64,000 nt of DNA from a phage. The stretch lies in the NCBI GenBank assembly GCA_036436775.1, contig GCA_036436775.1_3676.1; one strand, given 5' to 3'. A program made the position numbers and the translations under genes. Of this stretch, positions 46,297-56,501 are shown one piece after another (positions within the stretch are counted from its first letter, which is position 1; each line of letters begins with the position of its first letter). Below the pieces are notes generated by a model that was not told where the DNA came from, did not search any database, and saw only the letters and a program-made list of their open reading frames with translations.

Positions 46297-48369
46297 TTAT
46301 GAGAAGTCTGGTGGTGTAATATCTTCACTGTAGCCTTTAATGGCAACTTGTCCCATATGAAGCACGGTAGAATCTCTAGCGGTAACAGTGATGCTGTCAG
46401 ACATTACTTGCGGGTATGCCCACACATACTGTTTTACCTCAGGGTATCTATACTCTATAGTTGCCATGTTTCCGCAAATACATCTCCATAAAAATTCTTG
46501 GTAATTCCTAGTTGGGTCGTATCCATATACCGGAGCAAGCTCTTTACTAGGAACGAACCCTGCAAGGTATTGTATTTCAGACGGTTGCCAACCTAACTTA
46601 ACGATAGGTATGTTTACAGACTCTTTTGCCTTTTCAATACCTCCCTGCATCACCCAATCGTAGCACTCAGTGCAGAAGAAATCAAGAGCGCCTGCTTCTT
46701 TTTTATATTGGTCAGCAAGGTTAAGCTTTTGCGTAAGCTCGGTTTCCATAATGGTTGGGAAAAACAGCAGAGCTGTCATCTGAGCTGATGCAGCGTGTGC
46801 CTTTATTGCCTTTGAAATAGCCGCAATACGAGCGCCAAGCTTACCACGACAAAATGCTACATACTTGTCGTAAACACCTCCAGTTTTAGGATCGTCAATA
46901 GTCCCAATATCTAAGGCATACTCGCCTGTCTCATCATAAAACGCCTGTTTTGTAGGGTAATCATAAATACAAGGTCTACGAGTATCGGTATTGTACCACC
47001 ACCACGGTTCACCAACCTGCATAATCACTGGCAGGTTGTTTCTCATAGCGACTGATGCAAAATTCTTAAATACTGCAGTAAGGAAATTCATACCCTCTTC
47101 AATGGTTGGAGACAGGAGGTAGCTACAAGGTGTATATCCTGTTTTAGCGTAGTTATCATTCCAGTCTCTTTGGGTCCATTCCAACGGGCAGGCATCGCTG
47201 TAAAGCTCAAAACTTACAGACTGCATAACGTCGAAGTTATGTCGTTTGGCATTGTACATAAAATCATCATGCCATTTATAAGCTGCAGCGTTTAGCGCTC
47301 CTGTTCTGTTTATAGACCATTGGGTTCCTGACCATGTGTAGTCATAATAATGACTCATACCAACATAATGGTTTATGGTTCCGGTATAGCCCAGACGCTT
47401 GATATTGTTCAACACCCTTAAAGGAGATACGTTCCACATATCGTCATATGCGGTGCAGATCCCAACGTCGTGCTCTTTAACCTGAATATTGTTAAGTTGC
47501 ATCATTTTCCAGCCCGTGTCTGGCTGAAGCAGATCTAGGCGCAACTCACACTCTACATTTTCCGTTCTCGGGTCTGTGCTATTACTTACCCAGTCTTTAG
47601 GCATGAGCGGTATTAAAATTCTTCTCACCTGTCGAGGATCAACACCCATCATGTTGTTGTTCTGATCCATCCCGACGCAGTCCTCGAAATCAATATGAAT
47701 CTCTGCAACATTCTTATCCTCTGAGATGCTGACAGCATATTGAGCTAAAGGAACATAGATGATTGTACCATCAACAAGGTCTACAGTCATAATCATCTTT
47801 TCAGGAGTGGAGAAGTTGCTGGCATTGGTTATTGACATTCTGAACCAAAGCTTGGTGTTTCTCATCTCATAGTGATCATCAAACCCAATACCGAAATGGT
47901 CATACTTGTCAACTGTTTCCCAAATGCACCCAGCCATACCTCCATATGTTCTTGACACTAAACGGTTAATACAACAGTTGTCATCTGCAACAATACAGGT
48001 ACTTTCAGTCTGCTGAGTGGTTGTAACCCAATATCTTGGGTGAAACATTCTCTCCTCGACAGTATCCCAAGATATTCTGTCAAGATTCTCATCTGAAACT
48101 ATTGTACATTTCGCCCTTTGTGTCCCAATCATCACCCCTTGAGATTTTGATGAAAACTCCATAAAGAAGCTTCTTGGTAACCTGTTGGGTAATTTGTCAA
48201 CAATTTCCACTGGGATTTCAATACTGGTTGCCCCAACTGGGATAGTTATATCGCCCTCAACATGATCATAATCCCTACCAGGAACGGCAGTATCCTGAAC
48301 TGTGCGGTAATGAAACCGTGCAGCCATTGTAGAGTAATCACGGTAAGGTTTAAAAACAGCTGTTGCCAT
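46297..48369 (-). CDS. tail or baseplate structural protein (690 aa)
   Basis: Position in tail module, coupled to neighbours. Confidence 0.4.
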   Translation of the reverse strand: MATAVFKPYRDYSTMAARFHYRTVQDTAVPGRDYDHVEGDITIPVGATSIEIPVEIVDKLPNRLPRSFFMEFSSKSQGVMIGTQRAKCTIVSDENLDRISWDTVEERMFHPRYWVTTTQQTESTCIVADDNCCINRLVSRTYGGMAGCIWETVDKYDHFGIGFDDHYEMRNTKLWFRMSITNASNFSTPEKMIMTVDLVDGTIIYVPLAQYAVSISEDKNVAEIHIDFEDCVGMDQNNNMMGVDPRQVRRILIPLMPKDWVSNSTDPRTENVECELRLDLLQPDTGWKMMQLNNIQVKEHDVGICTAYDDMWNVSPLRVLNNIKRLGYTGTINHYVGMSHYYDYTWSGTQWSINRTGALNAAAYKWHDDFMYNAKRHNFDVMQSVSFELYSDACPLEWTQRDWNDNYAKTGYTPCSYLLSPTIEEGMNFLTAVFKNFASVAMRNNLPVIMQVGEPWWWYNTDTRRPCIYDYPTKQAFYDETGEYALDIGTIDDPKTGGVYDKYVAFCRGKLGARIAAISKAIKAHAASAQMTALLFFPTIMETELTQKLNLADQYKKEAGALDFFCTECYDWVMQGGIEKAKESVNIPIVKLGWQPSEIQYLAGFVPSKELAPVYGYDPTRNYQEFLWRCICGNMATIEYRYPEVKQYVWAYPQVMSDSITVTARDSTVLHMGQVAIKGYSEDITPPDFS

Positions 48370-49055
48370 TAACCCTCCTGTCTAGTTGCGTTTACTGTAA
48401 TACTTTCACAATAAATGGTTGTGGTGTCCCAATCAGGTCTTACGTCAGGAACATACAGCAAAGTAGCCAGCCCACCAACTCCGAATTGGTTTTCTTCCCA
48501 CACTGATCCGAAGCCAAGAGCTGTAGAGTCACCTTCAAAACCAAAAGCTTGCCCTTGCGATTCTGTAAGACGCAAATGACAAGGCAGTGGTAGCATGTCT
48601 AAGATCTGATCAATAGACTGCAATATGTCAAAGCAAGTTTTTCTAATATTTATGTCAAACCTGAAGTTGTCTCCTTTCCACGTATCGAAATTGTTTCTTC
48701 CGAACAATTGTCGCAAGGTGGAGATGACATCTTCGCGAGTCCCGCCCCTTGATGCTGCGGCCTGCTGAATAATTAGTGTGGCACGAAAATCAGCATCTGA
48801 AAGTCCATTCCTAAGAATACCGAGTTGATTACCAACTTCGTCAAGGTATCTTCCGCTGGCATTATTAAGCAATCTTCCTTCAGCCAAACCTACCAGCATC
48901 TTATCAACATCCTCCAACCTTTTAAGGTACACGGTTAAGAATGTGACTAAATTAACCTTCTCAGCCAGAAAATCTCCAGGCAGGTAGTCAAGACCTCCCT
49001 GAACAAAATCTGGCAGAGTGTGGATGTGGTTAACATCCGACTTAATCTCTGCCAT
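48369..49055 (-). CDS. tail or baseplate protein (228 aa)
   Basis: Position; coupled start and stop. Confidence 0.4.
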   Translation of the reverse strand: MAEIKSDVNHIHTLPDFVQGGLDYLPGDFLAEKVNLVTFLTVYLKRLEDVDKMLVGLAEGRLLNNASGRYLDEVGNQLGILRNGLSDADFRATLIIQQAAASRGGTREDVISTLRQLFGRNNFDTWKGDNFRFDINIRKTCFDILQSIDQILDMLPLPCHLRLTESQGQAFGFEGDSTALGFGSVWEENQFGVGGLATLLYVPDVRPDWDTTTIYCESITVNATRQEG

Positions 49056-49066
49056 ATCTCGCCGCC

Positions 49067-50557
49067 TTAAATAGTTTGTTGGAAAGTTATATTACTTTCA
49101 TCGAGGTCAAACACCTCGGTCATGTTTGCAACAATATCGTTTGCAGTGTAAGCTTCATCAGAAGCCCCCACAGGTTTAACTTGAATTACCAGTCTATTAA
49201 ATCTACCTATCGACACAGCAGCAGATGCAGCACCAACCAATTGGATATTGTACAACGTATCTGCAACATCCAGTCCGTTAACAACCTGCAAAAGAGCCTC
49301 TACAATGGCATCTTTTTCGGTTGTGGAAAGCGCAGCACCTGAGTAGGTAATTCTTACATCCAGGCGGTAGGTATTTGCCTTGGAATAATAAATTCTTTCA
49401 GTTTGACCGTCAGATGTAGTTACATCGTAGAAAATATTACCATAAGTTCTGTTCGTACAGGCTATAGTTTGGTAAAGTGCTTGGCAAATGTCCTCCGTTG
49501 CACCACCAAACACAACCACTTGGAACTTGTAAGGAGGTATACCTTTAGCATCAGTTTTATCGGTGTTGTTGGAGAACACTCTCACTTTCTCAACACCTTT
49601 CACCTCGCTTACCGCGCTAAGGATTGCAGGACGGGTAGCCTTCGATGTTAACTGTTTAGTGCTGGAAGCTCTTAAGCGATACTCGGAATCTTTCTCAACA
49701 TCCCTGCCCTCGTTGAATCTTTCGCGGTTGGTAAGCTTGATAAATCCACTGGGAGTAGGTGACATTGTTGTCACGGTTTCTGCCTCTCTTGACAGCTCGC
49801 CAGCCTCGTTAGCGATAACATCCAGGGTGATGGTTCTTTCCCCTACAATCGGGGATACTCTGAAATCTACCCTACTATTAAGTCCAACTTGATCAAGATT
49901 CGAATTGTACCCTATCCACAACGTTCCTGTCAACATATCGATCTGAATCAAATCGTCGTTCAACAGGGTTGTATTATCGACAATGAATTGCTTAATCTCT
50001 CCGTAAAAGCTTGGCAGATCAGAAGAGTCCAGAGCCTTATCTGTTAAAACCAAACTTTTTGTTTTGATACTTCCATCTGTCTGGTTGGTAATTTGAAAGT
50101 TGTATTTACCAATCCTTAGGTCTGGAGCATTTATTCTGTGGGCAATAAGATTCCCTGCCACTTGCACATCATTGCTAAGAACAAAGTTGCCACTATCCAG
50201 CGTATAAGTTTTGGAATCATAAATCATATTGTACGGCACAGTTGTGTTGATCGTCAACTGGCAGGTACCTGATGATTTAGAACGGCCTCTTCGGTAAATA
50301 CCTTGTCTTCCAAGAAGTTCGTCCAGGTAAATACCTTCTGCCCCATACAGCGTCTGTGATGCGTATACAGATGCTGCCATAAGAATAAGTTGATACTCTC
50401 GCTCGTTGAAGATAGTGGTCAGCTTATCTGCAACGGAGTTACTCTGTACGTTGAAGTTTTCGCCAAAAGCACGGATCAGGCTTTGCTTAGTTTCAACGAT
50501 TAGGTCATTTAGGGTTGGTATAACGAAACCAGCCTCTGTCAATCCATACTTAGCCAC
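49067..50557 (-). CDS. tail or baseplate protein (496 aa), possibly baseplate-J-like
   Basis: Position just downstream of the J-like gene; weak resemblance to baseplate J N-termini. Confidence 0.35.
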   Translation of the reverse strand: MAKYGLTEAGFVIPTLNDLIVETKQSLIRAFGENFNVQSNSVADKLTTIFNEREYQLILMAASVYASQTLYGAEGIYLDELLGRQGIYRRGRSKSSGTCQLTINTTVPYNMIYDSKTYTLDSGNFVLSNDVQVAGNLIAHRINAPDLRIGKYNFQITNQTDGSIKTKSLVLTDKALDSSDLPSFYGEIKQFIVDNTTLLNDDLIQIDMLTGTLWIGYNSNLDQVGLNSRVDFRVSPIVGERTITLDVIANEAGELSREAETVTTMSPTPSGFIKLTNRERFNEGRDVEKDSEYRLRASSTKQLTSKATRPAILSAVSEVKGVEKVRVFSNNTDKTDAKGIPPYKFQVVVFGGATEDICQALYQTIACTNRTYGNIFYDVTTSDGQTERIYYSKANTYRLDVRITYSGAALSTTEKDAIVEALLQVVNGLDVADTLYNIQLVGAASAAVSIGRFNRLVIQVKPVGASDEAYTANDIVANMTEVFDLDESNITFQQTI

Positions 50558-50626
50558 GTCACTCCTCCGGTATGAAAATCTCTACAAGGTATTTTACCAA
50601 ATTTTGTAACAATAGTCAATCTGAGC

Positions 50627-50653
50627 ATAAAAATAAACCCCGCCGAAGCGGGG
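50627..50653 (-). terminator. rho-independent terminator (hairpin family B, copy 2)
   Basis: Minus strand CCCCGCTTCGGCGGGG followed by TTTATTTTTAT, just downstream of the J-like gene stop. Confidence 0.55.
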
Positions 50654-50662
50654 CTTTAAAGG

Positions 50663-53600
50663 TTAGTCGTGAGACTCGTTCCAAGGTCCCTGGAAGCTGG
50701 AGTTAGAACGACTAACAACCACAGTAGGACAGGATATTGTAATACCTGTCACGTTTGACGTTGACCACGGGGTGTAGATTTCAATAATAATGTCTATAGT
50801 CTGTTCACCTAGACCTGTTATCCCAACTGCACACATGCCATCATTGTCGTTTCCGTACTTCTTGCCAGCAAGGAGTTGATGACCAGCTATCCACGCATTT
50901 AGTTGGGAGTTGGCACGAGTACCGTTCAGTTTAAAGAAGAATGTTACGTTCTTACCTTGACCTGAAACGTTATCTACGTATCTCCACCTCCAACGGCAAA
51001 CCCTCTGCTGGGAGTTATATACTGGAGCACAATCTCCGTAAGTCCTGTGTGCAACAATTGCACCTTCAAACTGGTTAGCACGGATAACAGAAGCTTCTAC
51101 ACGACCACGGAATGTACCTCCGGTTGCATCTATGGTGCCTCTAAAGCTACCATTATTGGCATAAACATCTCCACGGAAGGTACCACTAGTGGCGTTAACT
51201 GCCCCTGTGAAGTTACCAGAACTGGCGTTAATGTTGCCTTTCACCCACACATCCATAAATTGGGCATGCCCGTTCTTGTTAATATACCAACCGTATTTAT
51301 GGTACCCGTTGCCATCGTAGTTGTTTGACGAAATTTCTTGTGCAATCTTGGCAGAGGAGATTGTGCCATTCTCTATAAAAGCGTCTTTCAAGAACGCTTG
51401 GTTGTTCTTGATTGCGAAAGCAAGGGTTGCTGTTCCGTTTCCGGGGTTGTATACCGCAAAGTTGTTTGCACTAACCATGAAGTATGATTGAACTTGTCCC
51501 CCAGACCCCTCCATGCCCAGCTGGATACCTGCAACATACTTATTCCCTGCGGAGTCTACCTGTATCTTTGTTCCCCATTGAGCATTTACTTTGCCCTCTA
51601 AGTCGGTTACAGCCTTAGATGTTGTAGCTACTGCAGCTCTAAGCTCAGATACATCACCAACATCATCAATTATTTCCTGTTTAGCAACCGCAAGTTCTTG
51701 GCGAATAGCTGACGCGGTACCGTTAATAAGATCCACAGTGGCTTTATTAGTATCAGAAATTGTAGCATCAAGTGCTGTTTTTGTGGAGGTAAGTTTCCCA
51801 TCCAAGTCCTTAATTGCCTGCTTGTTGGTAGAGATCTCTCCACGGGCAGAAGTTATCTGCTCTGACAGTGCAGATGTTTTCTGATTCAATAAATCTGTGG
51901 TGGCCTTATTGGTATTAGCGATCAAAGTATTGAGATCAGTTTTTGCAGTGGTTATCTTACCATCTAACGTGGTATAGTTCTTAGATACCGTCGCATTTGT
52001 CTGACTAATCTTTTGATCCAGGGTTTCAGAGGTCTTGTTCAAAAGATCCACTGTTGCCTTGTTGGTGCTTAGGATACTTGCATCAAGCTCTGTTCTCTGA
52101 GTATTGATCTTGCCATCTAGAGTTTTATCTCCAGCAAGGTATCCGCTCTCAACACCCCCTATTTGCTCTACCAGCTCACCCTTGGCGGCAACCAATTTTT
52201 CATCTAAAGCCTCTGTCTTTTTGTTCAAAAGATCAGTAGTTGCTTTATTGGTTGTCTCGATCAGGGATGCCAGTCTACCACTTTCAGTGTTCAGGTCGTT
52301 AGTAAACTTATTTTGTGCAGCAACAAGTTTCTTATCCAGTGCTGTAATGTTACCATTGACATCCTCAAACTTCTGAGTTGTCTCTGTAACTACCGCGCCT
52401 ATCCTATCTCCGAGTTGCTGGAATGCTTCATCTACCCTACCATCCATGTATTTATTGAGCTCTGTGACCCGATTTTCAACCTCTTCGATAGAGGAATCTA
52501 AAGTGCTCATCAACTCTTTATAAGTTTCTGTCTTTTTAAATTCAGCATCTATCTGAGGCATCAGATCTTCAATGGATGTATAGCAGCGTGCAGCGCATTC
52601 TACAAACTGAGAACTACCAAAAGCGTTTGTGGTTCTAATGTACCAATAATAAATCTTATCGTTCTGCAGACCTTCAGATGTCCAAGTTGAACCAACACCC
52701 ATACGCGTGGCTTTTGAAGTAACGGTTGCATCACTGGTATCTGGCAATCTTGTCATCCCAGATGTCCAAAAGTCGTACTGGGTGCTTACACTAGCCAAGT
52801 CTCTGCTGTGCGGGATCAGGGTAATAGCAAAGTATCCCTGTTTAACCTCCACAGAAACAGGAGCTTCAGGTGCCTGAATGTTGAACTCACAATATGCTTC
52901 CGGAGATACACCACCTTTATAAGATGTTGCAACAACAGTGGCTGTGTAGAATCCTTTAGTCAGACCCTCAACACGGACAAACTGCTCAACTGTCTGTGCT
53001 GTCCAAACAATCTCTCCGTTCTTTCTTACCTGCACAATATTTTGAGCGTATGTCCCAACGTTGTCCCAAGCCAAAACACCGTGAGTTACTTCTCCAGCTT
53101 GGAGAACGGAATATCTGAAGTTTTGCGGTTGAGCTACACCAGATGGAGATATTGGAATATCTACATCGCCAGAATCCGGAAGTTGCCCTGTGGCATCATT
53201 CCACTCTTTAGCATCCTGACGAAGTTTTACCTTGACACCACCCTTTTTAGTAAACTCCCATTCAAGAACTCTCATTTCTTGGCCCACTATACCAATACTT
53301 GGGAGGTCCATTGTAACGTAACGACCAGGTTTAAATTTGAAACCTCGCATATTGCAGGTGACTTCAATAATCCTGCCAGCTCTGGCACGTCTTAGGAAGA
53401 TTGCAGAAACACGCTGAGCTTGATAAGGACTGGTAACAAAGCGATAGTCTATATCGATTATCTTTCTTTCTCCATCCTTCTCTATCCACTCTGGGACAAA
53501 CACTGATGGAAAATCTGTTTCAGAATACCCTTTGGCAGGACTAGTGAATCTGCCAGTTATTGTGTTGGATCTTTTGTCAAATGAGGCTTCCGGATAGATC

Positions 53601-54502
53601 TTGACCTCACCACAGACACAGTCCTCACTCAGTGTCATTGTTGCCGGGCCATAGTATGCACCAACCAGCAAACCATATTTACCAGCTACATAGCTGAGAT
53701 CTGCGCCACAAGCTTTCAGCATTTCTGCCATAATACTTGCTGGGGCCTCATCCATATCGAACTCGCCATTAATTGTGTAACGGCTCTCGCTGGTTCCGTC
53801 TGCGTTTTTTACCGCCTCGTCGCATATATTGGCAGCCTCCTTGAAGGACTCCCAGTTGATGGTTTCGTCAGGACATTTAAGGTACGTTCTTAAATAGTCT
53901 AGGATCACCAAGGCCGCGTTATTGGTATACACCTCTTTACTGGTACGAGGATCATAGCATTTTTTACCAACCTTGACAAGTGTAACGTTTGGCAACCCAA
54001 AAGGAAACTTGTTAGGGTCAAACCTGAAGCTGGCACGTAGCCAACTGATCCCTCTACCTATCATATCGGGTGACCATGATGGGCAGTGTGTACCCATGAA
54101 AGGATCAGATGTTTTTCTGTCGTTATGTAGCTCCCACGATACCAGATCTCCATACGAGGAAATAGGATTACCGTCGATAAGTATATCTTCTATACCTTCC
54201 AGAGGGTGATTGGCAAGAACAATAGCACAATGGAGGGTTCTGTCGCTATCCTGCTCCAAAAACGCAAGCAATCCGGATGTGCGTGTCTTCCCATACACTA
54301 CAGAGCAGGGTGCAGCAGAAGATCTGAGAAGCTTTTGTCTATCTTGCTGACTTCTGTAAGATTTGTTGCCCTCAAAAATCTTATCCAGAGTTCTGGTGGT
54401 AACAGTGTTCAGGCTGTCAGCCAGAGCTGCCTTGGATGCGTTCCAGTCATAACTTGAAGATCTTGCAGAAGCAACGATGTTATCAATCATTGCAATTGGC
54501 AT
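50663..54502 (-). CDS. tail tip / host specificity protein, lambda J-like (1279 aa)
   Basis: NNAALVILDYLRT aligns with lambda J NNMAWCLWDMLTH; FN3-like block (QAPEAPVSVEVKQGYFAITLIPH...YYWYIRTTNAFGSS) parallels lambda J ([23 protein letters not shown]...YYFYIRSVNTVGKS); coiled-coil tandem repeats at aa ~695-935. Confidence 0.7.
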   Translation of the reverse strand: MPIAMIDNIVASARSSSYDWNASKAALADSLNTVTTRTLDKIFEGNKSYRSQQDRQKLLRSSAAPCSVVYGKTRTSGLLAFLEQDSDRTLHCAIVLANHPLEGIEDILIDGNPISSYGDLVSWELHNDRKTSDPFMGTHCPSWSPDMIGRGISWLRASFRFDPNKFPFGLPNVTLVKVGKKCYDPRTSKEVYTNNAALVILDYLRTYLKCPDETINWESFKEAANICDEAVKNADGTSESRYTINGEFDMDEAPASIMAEMLKACGADLSYVAGKYGLLVGAYYGPATMTLSEDCVCGEVKIYPEASFDKRSNTITGRFTSPAKGYSETDFPSVFVPEWIEKDGERKIIDIDYRFVTSPYQAQRVSAIFLRRARAGRIIEVTCNMRGFKFKPGRYVTMDLPSIGIVGQEMRVLEWEFTKKGGVKVKLRQDAKEWNDATGQLPDSGDVDIPISPSGVAQPQNFRYSVLQAGEVTHGVLAWDNVGTYAQNIVQVRKNGEIVWTAQTVEQFVRVEGLTKGFYTATVVATSYKGGVSPEAYCEFNIQAPEAPVSVEVKQGYFAITLIPHSRDLASVSTQYDFWTSGMTRLPDTSDATVTSKATRMGVGSTWTSEGLQNDKIYYWYIRTTNAFGSSQFVECAARCYTSIEDLMPQIDAEFKKTETYKELMSTLDSSIEEVENRVTELNKYMDGRVDEAFQQLGDRIGAVVTETTQKFEDVNGNITALDKKLVAAQNKFTNDLNTESGRLASLIETTNKATTDLLNKKTEALDEKLVAAKGELVEQIGGVESGYLAGDKTLDGKINTQRTELDASILSTNKATVDLLNKTSETLDQKISQTNATVSKNYTTLDGKITTAKTDLNTLIANTNKATTDLLNQKTSALSEQITSARGEISTNKQAIKDLDGKLTSTKTALDATISDTNKATVDLINGTASAIRQELAVAKQEIIDDVGDVSELRAAVATTSKAVTDLEGKVNAQWGTKIQVDSAGNKYVAGIQLGMEGSGGQVQSYFMVSANNFAVYNPGNGTATLAFAIKNNQAFLKDAFIENGTISSAKIAQEISSNNYDGNGYHKYGWYINKNGHAQFMDVWVKGNINASSGNFTGAVNATSGTFRGDVYANNGSFRGTIDATGGTFRGRVEASVIRANQFEGAIVAHRTYGDCAPVYNSQQRVCRWRWRYVDNVSGQGKNVTFFFKLNGTRANSQLNAWIAGHQLLAGKKYGNDNDGMCAVGITGLGEQTIDIIIEIYTPWSTSNVTGITISCPTVVVSRSNSSFQGPWNESHD

Positions 54503-54939
54503 TAATACCTCCAGACATCAACAACGATAGAATCTTTCATGTCGAACATAAAGACCCCTTTATCACCTTTCGCCCAAATCTGGTTGTTCCAGAACACACC
54601 AGCGGTGAGCCCGTTCAGACCTTCGAAAATGACAATATCTCCACGCTGAACCTGTTTAGGAGTATCCAGCCGAGTCATAAAGAGATCAAAAATAGTAGGC
54701 AGGTGTGTGGTTTTGAAACGGAGCATGCACCATCTTTTGCTTTCCAACTCTGTTTTATACGTTCCTTCGAAGTTAGAAAGAAAATCTGTTCCGTATTGGG
54801 CATCAACACACTTAGCTGCAAAGGTGCAACAATCGTGGAATCCCCATTCAAAAGGTATGGTAGCCTCTTCGTCAAACACTTTCCACAATCTTTCTTGCCA
54901 ATCCACTAAACGAGGGTGTGTGCTCATTAAACCTCCCAA
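54502..54939 (-). CDS. NlpC/P60-like tail-associated peptidase (145 aa)
   Basis: Immediately upstream of J; candidate catalytic Cys in EWGFHDCCTF; gene order as in GTA-like tail tips. Confidence 0.4.
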   Translation of the reverse strand: MGGLMSTHPRLVDWQERLWKVFDEEATIPFEWGFHDCCTFAAKCVDAQYGTDFLSNFEGTYKTELESKRWCMLRFKTTHLPTIFDLFMTRLDTPKQVQRGDIVIFEGLNGLTAGVFWNNQIWAKGDKGVFMFDMKDSIVVDVWRY

Positions 54940-55493
54940 ATGATCGGGCGGCTCGCCACCTGATCCACATATTTAAAAAATCTGTCATTATCGTTTCTTG
55001 AGCTGTGGCTTTCCTCCGTGTACCGATAAGGAAAACCTCTTAACCAACTGTTGAAGATGGAAGAGATGGATATGGACAAAGCACTATTCTCACCTGTCTG
55101 AATAGCCATATCTGTTATAAGGCCGTCAAACAAGCCATTAGTTGTAACAGGCAGACCATTCTCCATAGCGGTAATGTACAACGTGGCACGACAACCAGAA
55201 TACTCCGTCTTCAGCAGATCACCAACATACTTAGGATCAAACCCGTTCAATGTTGCTACCACAGATCCGAAGTTGGTGGCATCTTTCTCAGACACAGCAG
55301 TTAATGTTGCTGATCCACCTATCCCTATAAAATGTTGCCCCTCAATTACTACAACACCAGTGCCTGAGCACACCCTGACAGTTCCTGTCGGTAGCTCCAG
55401 CTTTGCAGCAATTAAGATCTCAACACCATCAAGCTCTAGCTTCTCAAGAAATAAATTATCTAATGGCGCTCTAATCATCTTAGAAATCCTCAA
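54927..55493 (-). CDS. minor tail / tip assembly protein (188 aa)
   Basis: Position between the distal-tail-like gene and the peptidase. Confidence 0.35.
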   Translation of the reverse strand: MRISKMIRAPLDNLFLEKLELDGVEILIAAKLELPTGTVRVCSGTGVVVIEGQHFIGIGGSATLTAVSEKDATNFGSVVATLNGFDPKYVGDLLKTEYSGCRATLYITAMENGLPVTTNGLFDGLITDMAIQTGENSALSISISSIFNSWLRGFPYRYTEESHSSRNDNDRFFKYVDQVASRPIIWEV

Positions 55494-56070
55494 AGAAGTT
55501 GATAACTATATTATCACCTTTTTGCATAGCATCGACTTTTTGCTTAATTTTATAAATATCTCTGATATGAAACCTTCCCTTCGGAGATTGGGTTATTATC
55601 TTCATAGTATCCCCTGCGGAAATAGGTTTCCTAAGTCTTGGAGATATGCTTATAACAGCAGCCCCAACACCATCGCTGCGTACTGGAGATGTTACCACTT
55701 TCAATTCATCATTGACAGATATTTTATCCCCAGCTCTAGCTATGTCTCTGTTTGGCTCCCACCCAACCGTCTTCAAAAAATCGTCGTTACCAGTAGGCCC
55801 AAGGGCGATTGGCTCATTAGCTGTTACTGAGTGACCGTAAGTTTTAATGAGAAATATGTTCCCATCTTTATATACCTGATCAACAAAGCTCTTAAGCTCT
55901 AGCAACTGTGACTCGCTGATATTGGAAACCGTCAAAGTACCTTTCCAGTTAGGTGTGGCATAGGTTACTTTTTGCGTTTTACCTGTAAACGGACTTTTAA
56001 ACGTAACAATATCTGCCAGCAGCTCCAATCTAATATCTGGAAGGTATCTAGGCCTTTCCCATAAAAACAT
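55480..56070 (-). CDS. distal tail protein-like (196 aa)
   Basis: Position upstream of the tip genes. Confidence 0.3.
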   Translation of the reverse strand: MFLWERPRYLPDIRLELLADIVTFKSPFTGKTQKVTYATPNWKGTLTVSNISESQLLELKSFVDQVYKDGNIFLIKTYGHSVTANEPIALGPTGNDDFLKTVGWEPNRDIARAGDKISVNDELKVVTSPVRSDGVGAAVISISPRLRKPISAGDTMKIITQSPKGRFHIRDIYKIKQKVDAMQKGDNIVINFFEDF

Positions 56071-56131
56071 TGTGCCTCCAGGTTAAACAATCATGATAGT
56101 TATTTTACCAGATTTTAAGTTAATACGCAAT

Positions 56132-56162
56132 ATAAACAAAAAGCCCCCGCCGAAGCGAGGGC
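56132..56162 (-). terminator. rho-independent terminator (hairpin family B, variant)
   Basis: Minus strand GCCCTCGCTTCGGCGGGGGC followed by TTTTTGTTT. Confidence 0.5.
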
Positions 56163-56168
56163 AATACT

Positions 56169-56501
56169 TTAAAATACTTCCAAGGTAGACGCTGGAGGGT
56201 CGAACATGTTCAATTTCATCGACTCTACAACTTTTCCGCTTTTTGAGATAATGTTTTCTGCACCTTCGTCCAGAGTTAAAACATTAACATAAAACAATTC
56301 GCTTTTCTCACAAACAGGATAGACAACCATGTTGCCAAACTCATCTTCTGCCTCATAGGTATCTCCCGTCTCTGTGTAAACAAAGCCAGCAACCTCTACA
56401 AGAAGTGTGTTTTGCAACACCTCATTTTCGTAAAAGCCGATTTCATCCATGAAACCGTTAAAGTCCTCCCTGTCAGTGAACCCGAGGGTAAAGGTATTCA
56501 T
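56169..56501 (-). CDS. small acidic protein (110 aa), candidate fiber chaperone
   Basis: Translationally coupled to the 1479 aa fiber gene. Confidence 0.35.
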   Translation of the reverse strand: MNTFTLGFTDREDFNGFMDEIGFYENEVLQNTLLVEVAGFVYTETGDTYEAEDEFGNMVVYPVCEKSELFYVNVLTLDEGAENIISKSGKVVESMKLNMFDPPASTLEVF

